Assembly: GCA_050295575.1 (NCBI GenBank)
Contig: JBNKPX010000002.1
Span: 1,817 to 65,816, forward strand
DNA: 64,000 nt
DNA from: Gammaproteobacteria bacterium
GTDB lineage: Bacteria; Pseudomonadota; Gammaproteobacteria; GCA-001735895
Direction of reading: 5' to 3'
The position numbers and the translations under genes are program-made. Positions 57,732 to 64,000 of the stretch are shown piece by piece. Under the pieces are notes generated by a model. It saw only the letters and a program-made list of their open reading frames with translations. It was not told the DNA's origin and did no database searches. The stretch's first letter is position 1; every line of letters begins with the position of its first letter.

Positions 57732-57960
57732 AATCTTTATACTGATCCTGTTTCTGGGCTTACAGCCTGCACCATTACTGGCGCAGGATAATGATGAAAT
57801 CGAGCTACGCATTACCACTATCAAGAGCAATAAAGAATTACCTAAAATACTTTATATCGTCCCCTGGAAGGATGTAAAAGCGACCCCAAAACCGCAGAGA
57901 CAACTGGTTCTACACAGTCTGTTTGGTGACTTATTCGAGCCAATTCTACCCAGACCTTAA
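57724..57960 (+). CDS. small secreted protein, function unknown
   Basis: 78 aa. Signal peptide MARIFILILFLGLQPAPLLA/QD. 8-nt overlap with the upstream TPR gene suggests translational coupling. Confidence 0.55.
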   Translation: MARIFILILFLGLQPAPLLAQDNDEIELRITTIKSNKELPKILYIVPWKDVKATPKPQRQLVLHSLFGDLFEPILPRP

Positions 57961-59675
57961 GGCAGCACTGATGTGGTCAGATGCTCAAGCATTGTTTCCG
58001 CTTTTATCAGGCTTTCACTTATCGAACGCGAAAACTCAAGCTTCCCTGTCATTTTACGAAGCCCTGCTCTTCTAAGTTTTAAAATCATTCTGGGTTCCAG
58101 ATTGTTGATAATCAAACCTACATTGGCATCACCTAGATTATTAATAATGGTTTCCATCGCCACAATCGCACTCATATCGATCATATTCACTTCAGTCATA
58201 TCAAGAATAATAATCCTGACTTCGGGCGTAATATTGGTAATGCTCTGTAGTGCTTTTTGTGCCGAGCCAAAAAACAGCGAACCATTGATATCATAGATAG
58301 CGATCTTGCTTGATAACTCACCATAGTCTTCATGTGAATGTTCAACTTTGGTGGTCGTGCTTAAAGAGATACTTTTCCGAATAAACAGGATTGCAGCCAG
58401 GCTCATGCCCACACCCACCGCAATCGTCATATCAAAGAATACAGTAAGCAGAAAACAAAGCACTAGCACCACAACATCATCCAAAGGCGCGACCTTAAGC
58501 GTGCGAATAAAATGTCTGGCTTCGCTCATATTCCAGGACACCATCAACAGCAGTGCAGCCATCGAAGCCATCGGGATGTAAGATAATAAAGGGGCCAGCA
58601 CAAAGATAGCCGCCAGAATAAAAAAGCCATGCACGACCGAAGCCAGAGGAGAACGGCTGCCTGCTTTTATACTGGCAGCCGTGCGAGCGATTGCCGCCGT
58701 AGCGGGTATGCCGCCAAACAGAGGCGCAACGACGTTGCCTATACCCTGCCCGATTAACTCATCATTGGGGTTATGCTTTTTGCCCGACATACCGTCAGCA
58801 ATCACAGCACATAATAAGGATTCCAGTGAGCCTAATATGGCTATAGCGATAGCACTGGGTAGCAGTTGATTAATCAGTTGCCAGCTAATACCAATGGCTT
58901 TGCCACTTTGGTCGGGTAGGTTCCATGGCCAGTCAAAATTCGGCAAGATGGGCGGAATACCATTGCCAGTAATGCCGTTAATATCGAATTGAAAGCGACT
59001 TCCGATGGTCGCTACCGAAAAATCAGAAGACATTTGATGCGCTAACCAGGCCACCACCGAACCTAATAGCAATGCCACCAGATGTCCAGGAATCCTGGAT
59101 CGAAACTTTGGCCACAGCACCAGCACCGCCAGCGTCAGTCCACCGATAAAAACTTCATGCAATTGAATAGATGGAAATGCCTTGATAATCGCAAACAGCT
59201 TATGTACATAATGACCTTCCATCGCCTCGACACTAAGGCCGAGGAAATCCTTAATTTGAAAGGTGGCAATCACCACACCGATGCCTGAGGTAAAACCAAT
59301 GGTTACCGGATAAGGCACAACCTCAATTAATTTTCCCAACTTGGCCACGCCCATCGCGAGTAAGATAAAGCCAGCCATAAAACCACTGAGCAGTAATCCT
59401 CCTAAACCAAACTGTTGCACAATAGGTAATAGAACCACTACAAAAGCGGCAGTAGGCCCGGAAATATTGACCTTTGAACCACCTGAAATTGCAATAATAA
59501 TTCCAGCGACAATGGCGGTATACAAACCTCGCTCGGGTGATACGCCACTGGCGATAGCCAACGCCATAGACAGGGGTAGCGCGATAACGCCAACGGTTAG
59601 GCCTGCAAGAATATCCGCCTGAATATCTGAGTATGAGGGGCGATTCCTTATCGATTTGGTTACTGCTGAAAACAT
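57957..59675 (-). CDS. SulP family inorganic anion transporter with C-terminal STAS domain
   Basis: 572 aa. N-terminal ILAGLTVGVIALPLSMALA SulP signature, multi-TM core and a STAS-like tail. Confidence 0.9.
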   Translation of the reverse strand: MFSAVTKSIRNRPSYSDIQADILAGLTVGVIALPLSMALAIASGVSPERGLYTAIVAGIIIAISGGSKVNISGPTAAFVVVLLPIVQQFGLGGLLLSGFMAGFILLAMGVAKLGKLIEVVPYPVTIGFTSGIGVVIATFQIKDFLGLSVEAMEGHYVHKLFAIIKAFPSIQLHEVFIGGLTLAVLVLWPKFRSRIPGHLVALLLGSVVAWLAHQMSSDFSVATIGSRFQFDINGITGNGIPPILPNFDWPWNLPDQSGKAIGISWQLINQLLPSAIAIAILGSLESLLCAVIADGMSGKKHNPNDELIGQGIGNVVAPLFGGIPATAAIARTAASIKAGSRSPLASVVHGFFILAAIFVLAPLLSYIPMASMAALLLMVSWNMSEARHFIRTLKVAPLDDVVVLVLCFLLTVFFDMTIAVGVGMSLAAILFIRKSISLSTTTKVEHSHEDYGELSSKIAIYDINGSLFFGSAQKALQSITNITPEVRIIILDMTEVNMIDMSAIVAMETIINNLGDANVGLIINNLEPRMILKLRRAGLRKMTGKLEFSRSISESLIKAETMLEHLTTSVLP

Positions 59676-59915
59676 TTTTTACCCATATAAAAGCGCGAGG
59701 TCCGACTGTAGTACAAAATTCCTGAGGATGAGAAAACTGCTCTAAAGCTAAGGCTCTGCTGCAAAAAAGTACACAATCTACTCTTATTTTCTACACTTGT
59801 TAATACCCTTGGTATGATTACAAGGCTATTCCTGCTCATTACATTAGTTTATGCTTGCGCCGAATCACTTTTCATACTGAAACAATCACTTAAGCTCCTC
59901 GGTCTTTTAAACTTT

Positions 59916-62180
59916 ATGCACACAACACAGGCACCCATAGTCAAGGATCTGGTACTGATTGGTGGCGGACATGCGCATGTTACCGTACTAAAACGTTTTG
60001 CCATGAACCCTCTGCCCGGTCTGCGCATCACGCTTATCACGCGCGATATCCACACCCCCTATTCCGGTATGCTTCCTGGTCACATAGCCGGATTCTATAG
60101 CTATGATGACTGCCATATAGACCTGGGCAAACTCGCCAGATTTGCCAATGCCCGTCTCTACCATGCCAGTGTCAGGCAGCTGGATGTAGAAAACAAACTG
60201 GTTCATGTTGCAGGCCGTCCCGCTATCCGCTATGACCTGCTCTCCATCAATACAGGATCTCGCCCTGACAGTCGCAATATCCTGGGTGTCGATCAATTTG
60301 CATTATCAGCTAAACCCATAGACCGTTTTCTGGATCAATGGAATGCCCTGATTGAACGAGTACAGAATACCAGCCAATCCCTGCGCATCGTAGTGGTTGG
60401 TGGTGGTGCGGGCGGTATAGAACTTGCGCTCTCGACCCAGCTGCGCCTGCAAAACACCCTGAAGCAAGCCGGTAAAAATCCTGAGTTATTGCACTACACC
60501 CTGCTATGCGCCAGTGAGCATATCATGCACCAGCATAATGAAGGCGTACAAAAACGTTTTGTACGCATACTCAAACAACGCCATATCACCCTGCACTGTT
60601 CAAAACAGGTCAGCGCAGTGAAAGAAGACCAGGTCATCACCATTGATGGTTCCTGCTATGCTGCCGATGTCGTTATCTGGGCCACCAGTGCGTCCACTGC
60701 CGACTGGCCGGGCAAAGCCGGTCTGGGCGTCGATGAGAAAGGTTTTATCCATGTACATGACACACTGCAATCCACCTCACATCCGGATATTTTTGCTGCC
60801 GGCGATGTTGCTGCATTACCCAGTCCCAGACCTAAATCCGGTGTTTTCGCGGTTCGGCAGGGGCCGATACTGGCAGATAACCTGCGCGCCGCAGCCACTC
60901 AAAAACCCTTACGCGCCTATCGCGCTCAAAGGAATTTTCTTGGCCTGATTAGCACCGGAGATCAATATGCCGTTGCATCGCGTGCTAACTGGTCTTATGA
61001 ATCGGCCTGGTTATGGAATATTAAGGACTGGATTGATCGCAGGTTTATGCTTAAGTTTAATCAGTTACCAGAAATGAAGATTGATCATCCACCTCAGCTA
61101 GCAGCCGGTATCACCGATGCTGACACGATGGAAAAACTGGCCAGTCAACCAATGCGCTGTGGAGGCTGTGGTGCGAAGGTTGGATCTAGCGTTCTATCTC
61201 GCGTGATGCAACGCTTACCCACTGAGTCACGTACAGACGTCCTGATCGGACGAGAAAGGCCAGACGACTGCGCCATGTTCACCATCCCTGCTGGCAAGGC
61301 CATGGTACAAAGCGTGGATTACTTTCGTTCCTTTATAAATGACAGCTTCACGTTTGGAGCCATCGCCGCCAATCATGCTCTGGGTGATCTATATGCGATG
61401 GGTGCCGAACCCCAGTCTGCGCTCGCTATAGCCACGGTACCTTACGCCAGTGAAAAAATTGTCGAGGAAAACCTGTTCGACCTGCTGTCCGGCGCGATGT
61501 CGATGCTACAGCCTGGCGGGGCGGTACTGGCGGGTGGCCACTCCAGCGAAGGAAGCGAACTCGCCTTTGGCCTAACGGTAAATGGACTCATCGATCCCGC
61601 ACTGGTGATGAAGAAACAGGGTCTACAGCCAGGCGATAAAATCATTCTCACCAAGGCCATTGGCACAGGCACCCTGTTTGCCGCTGAGATGCGCACCAAA
61701 GCCAAAGGACGCTGGATAGATGCAGCAATTCAATCCATGCTTGTCTCCAGCCAGGCAGCATCACTTTGCCTGCAAAACCATGCGGTATCCGCCTGCACCG
61801 ACCTGACCGGGTTTGGATTGATTGGGCATTTATTCGAGATGATGACAGCGTCAAATGTAGATACAGAGATTCTACTGGATGCACTCCCGCTACTGGATGG
61901 CGCACAGCAATGTGTTAGTAGCGGCATTCTATCGTCCCTGCAACCGCAAAATCTGCGTCTAAGACGAGCTATCAAGAATTTTGAACAGTGTGCGCAGCAC
62001 CCTCGCTACCCCCTACTTTTTGACCCGCAAACCGCAGGAGGACTATTAGCAGGAATACCTGAAAAACAGGCGGATGACTGTTTGCAGCAATTGCATAGCC
62101 AGGGCTATCTGGACGCGGCGATTATCGGTCAGGTAGTTGAAAAATCTATGCAACAGCCGACGATAACCATTCAACAATAG
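59916..62180 (+). CDS. selD: fusion protein: FAD/NAD(P)-dependent pyridine nucleotide-disulfide oxidoreductase :: selenide,water dikinase SelD
   Basis: The N-terminal half has Rossmann motifs LVLIGGGHAH and VVVGGGAGGIE plus AAGD. The C-terminal half begins MRCGGCGAKVG (Cys-type SelD glycine-rich active-site loop) and has an AIR-synthase-like fold pattern. Start chosen at MHTTQ (59916). Confidence 0.85.
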   Translation: MHTTQAPIVKDLVLIGGGHAHVTVLKRFAMNPLPGLRITLITRDIHTPYSGMLPGHIAGFYSYDDCHIDLGKLARFANARLYHASVRQLDVENKLVHVAGRPAIRYDLLSINTGSRPDSRNILGVDQFALSAKPIDRFLDQWNALIERVQNTSQSLRIVVVGGGAGGIELALSTQLRLQNTLKQAGKNPELLHYTLLCASEHIMHQHNEGVQKRFVRILKQRHITLHCSKQVSAVKEDQVITIDGSCYAADVVIWATSASTADWPGKAGLGVDEKGFIHVHDTLQSTSHPDIFAAGDVAALPSPRPKSGVFAVRQGPILADNLRAAATQKPLRAYRAQRNFLGLISTGDQYAVASRANWSYESAWLWNIKDWIDRRFMLKFNQLPEMKIDHPPQLAAGITDADTMEKLASQPMRCGGCGAKVGSSVLSRVMQRLPTESRTDVLIGRERPDDCAMFTIPAGKAMVQSVDYFRSFINDSFTFGAIAANHALGDLYAMGAEPQSALAIATVPYASEKIVEENLFDLLSGAMSMLQPGGAVLAGGHSSEGSELAFGLTVNGLIDPALVMKKQGLQPGDKIILTKAIGTGTLFAAEMRTKAKGRWIDAAIQSMLVSSQAASLCLQNHAVSACTDLTGFGLIGHLFEMMTASNVDTEILLDALPLLDGAQQCVSSGILSSLQPQNLRLRRAIKNFEQCAQHPRYPLLFDPQTAGGLLAGIPEKQADDCLQQLHSQGYLDAAIIGQVVEKSMQQPTITIQQ

Positions 62181-62216
62181 CCTGGCGCTAATATGACCGG
62201 GACAGGTGATCATGTT

Positions 62217-63221
62217 ATGAATATTATAGTGACAGGCGGCGCTGGATTTATTGGTTCAGCACTAGTCAGGTATTTGATTCTCAATACCAAACATCAGGTT
62301 CTAAATATAGACAGCCTCAACTATGCTGCAAATTTGCAGGCATTGGATGCTGTAGCTCACAGCCCTCAATATCATTTTGAACAGGTTAATATCTGTGACA
62401 GGGGTAAAATTAAACAGATCATCAATCAATTTCAGCCCGATGCAATTATGCATCTTGCTGCTGAAACTCATGTTGATCGTTCAATTGACGATCCCGATAT
62501 TTTTGTAAGCTCTAATATCGTCGGTACCCAGGTTTTACTGGAGTCAGCTAGAAGCTATTGGCAAAACCTCTCCCTGGATAAAAAATCCCGCTTCCGTTTT
62601 CTATATATCTCAACCGATGAGGTTTATGGGAGTCGAATCGCTGATGAAACAGTTGATGAAGAAGCCGCTTACCGGCCCAATTCGCCCTACGCCGCCAGTA
62701 AGGCCGCTGCAACCCATCTGGTTCGAGGTTATTTCATGACTTACCACTTTCCAGTGCTCACCAGCTATAGCTCGAATACCTTTGGGCCATGGCAGTTCGC
62801 AGAGAAGTTAATACCGAGCACCATTCAAAATGCCCTCCATCTTAAGCCAATAACAGTCTATGGGCGTGGTGAACAAAGTAGAGACTGGCTTTATGTCGAT
62901 GATCACATCTCGGCATTAGCTATTGTTTTGCAAAAAGGCCAACCTGGAGAGGGCTATAATATTAACGGTGGTTATGAAGTCAGCAATCTACAACTGGTAC
63001 AAACTATCTGTCAGCAACTGGATGTTCTACGCCCTGCCCCGAGTGGCATTCAATATCAGCAACTCATTACCTTTGTTGATGATAGACCAGGGCATGATAA
63101 ACGTTATGGACTTAACGATAATAAGATCCGCCAGCAACTTGGATGGCTACCACAACATAGCTTTGAGCAAGGTATCCGTAAAACCCTGGACTGGTATTTA
63201 CAGCAATTTGATAATAATTAG
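62217..63221 (+). CDS. rfbB: dTDP-glucose 4,6-dehydratase
   Basis: MNIIVTGGAGFIGS Rossmann start. STDEVYG and YAASKAA (YxxxK) catalytic motifs. Confidence 0.88.
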   Translation: MNIIVTGGAGFIGSALVRYLILNTKHQVLNIDSLNYAANLQALDAVAHSPQYHFEQVNICDRGKIKQIINQFQPDAIMHLAAETHVDRSIDDPDIFVSSNIVGTQVLLESARSYWQNLSLDKKSRFRFLYISTDEVYGSRIADETVDEEAAYRPNSPYAASKAAATHLVRGYFMTYHFPVLTSYSSNTFGPWQFAEKLIPSTIQNALHLKPITVYGRGEQSRDWLYVDDHISALAIVLQKGQPGEGYNINGGYEVSNLQLVQTICQQLDVLRPAPSGIQYQQLITFVDDRPGHDKRYGLNDNKIRQQLGWLPQHSFEQGIRKTLDWYLQQFDNN

Positions 63222-63307
63222 CTCAGATACCCGGTTATTTGGGTGACATTTAGAAACCTGCCTCAGGTTTAACGAATAATTTACAATGGTTTAACTATAT
63301 TCAGCTT

Positions 63308-63988
63308 ATGAAGATTCTTGTCATTGAAGATGATGCTGATATTGCATCCAATATAGGCCTGTACTTTGAACAGAAAGGCCATCAACTGGACTTTGCCTAC
63401 AATGGCAATCTGGGGCTTAAGCTCGCACTGGAAAACACATTCGACCTCATCATTCTGGATCTTATGCTTCCCGGTAAGGATGGCATTAGTGTCTGTCATG
63501 AATTCAAATCCTCTAAACAAACCTACACGCCCATTTTAATGCTGACTGCCAGAGATACGGTAGAAGACAAGGTAGAAGGCTTCGAAGCGGGCGCTGACGA
63601 TTATCTGGTCAAGCCTTTTTCATTACGGGAGCTTGAAGTTCGGGTAAACGCTCTGACCCGACGCCATCAGGTGAGTGCTGATTCATATTATCAAATCGGA
63701 GATTTAAACCTGGACCTTAAAACACGAAAGGTACATCGTGGAGATACAACAATCAGCCTCAAACCAAAAGCTTTTTCAATTCTGGAATACCTGATGAAAC
63801 ATCAGGACCGGGTAGTAACCAGACAGGAATTGCTCGACTATATCTGGCACGATGACACCCCTGAGGGGGACCCTTTACGCGTACATATCCATCATCTACG
63901 CCAGCAGGTAGACCAGCCTTTTACTCAGCGATTAATCCATACCGTACATGGCGTGGGATATCGTATCTATCAGGAAAAGCAGTCTTGA
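63308..63988 (+). CDS. OmpR/PhoB-family two-component response regulator
   Basis: MKILVIEDD...DLIILDLMLPGKDG receiver with acceptor Asp. C-terminal winged-helix (RVHIHHLRQQV...IHTVHGVGYRI). Confidence 0.92.
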   Translation: MKILVIEDDADIASNIGLYFEQKGHQLDFAYNGNLGLKLALENTFDLIILDLMLPGKDGISVCHEFKSSKQTYTPILMLTARDTVEDKVEGFEAGADDYLVKPFSLRELEVRVNALTRRHQVSADSYYQIGDLNLDLKTRKVHRGDTTISLKPKAFSILEYLMKHQDRVVTRQELLDYIWHDDTPEGDPLRVHIHHLRQQVDQPFTQRLIHTVHGVGYRIYQEKQS

Positions 63989-64000
63989 ACCCATTGATTG

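Noticed and set aside
57957-57960. 4-nt overlap of convergent stop codons (CTTAAG) between the 78-aa gene and the SulP gene
   Set aside because: A TAA/TTA palindrome makes this a trivial consequence of tight packing. It is noted only because it leaves no room for a terminator between the operons.
63985-64000. Start of a sensor histidine kinase overlapping the response-regulator stop (TTG 63985)
   Set aside because: Only about 5 codons are visible before the window ends, which is insufficient evidence.

Overview
This looks like a chromosomal segment of a gammaproteobacterium, AT-leaning by eye (GC not computed). Housekeeping genes (serS, crcB, queG, ygfZ, lysS, and prfB with the classical +1 frameshift site) flank one large special locus. 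That locus is a complete type VI secretion system (T6SS) structural cluster at about 28.6-52.8 kb, arranged as two divergent operons. The minus-strand operon is tagH(fha)-tssJ-tssK-tssL-tssM-tagF-pppA-ppkA-like. The plus-strand operon is tssA-tssB-tssC-tssC paralogue-tssE-tssF-tssG-clpV. It has three unusual properties. (1) No hcp, vgrG, PAAR or effector/immunity genes lie anywhere in the window. (2) The minus operon runs on into orf74-exbB-exbD-exbD-tonB-like, and the plus operon runs on into four genes for a secreted helical-repeat protein, two TPR lipoproteins and a small secreted protein. The T6SS core is therefore bracketed by the two halves of what looks like an Agl/Glt-core-like PMF motor set. 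(3) The threonine-phosphorylation kinase carries a C-terminal FGE-sulfatase (TagR-like) domain. Its N-terminus also has five repeats resembling the TssL N-terminal DRTVIRP motif. I regard the T6SS plus ExbBD/TonB-like plus TPR association as the best candidate for an undescribed system. The homology assignments rest on motif recognition only, since no searches could be run. The left 9 kb holds small miscellaneous genes: two LysE exporters, GNAT, histidine phosphatase, DUF1697, and an orphan type IV pilin with a half-PilC-like protein. The right end holds SulP, an FAD-oxidoreductase::SelD fusion, rfbB and an OmpR-type regulator. I found no rRNA, tRNA, CRISPR array or intact mobile element.
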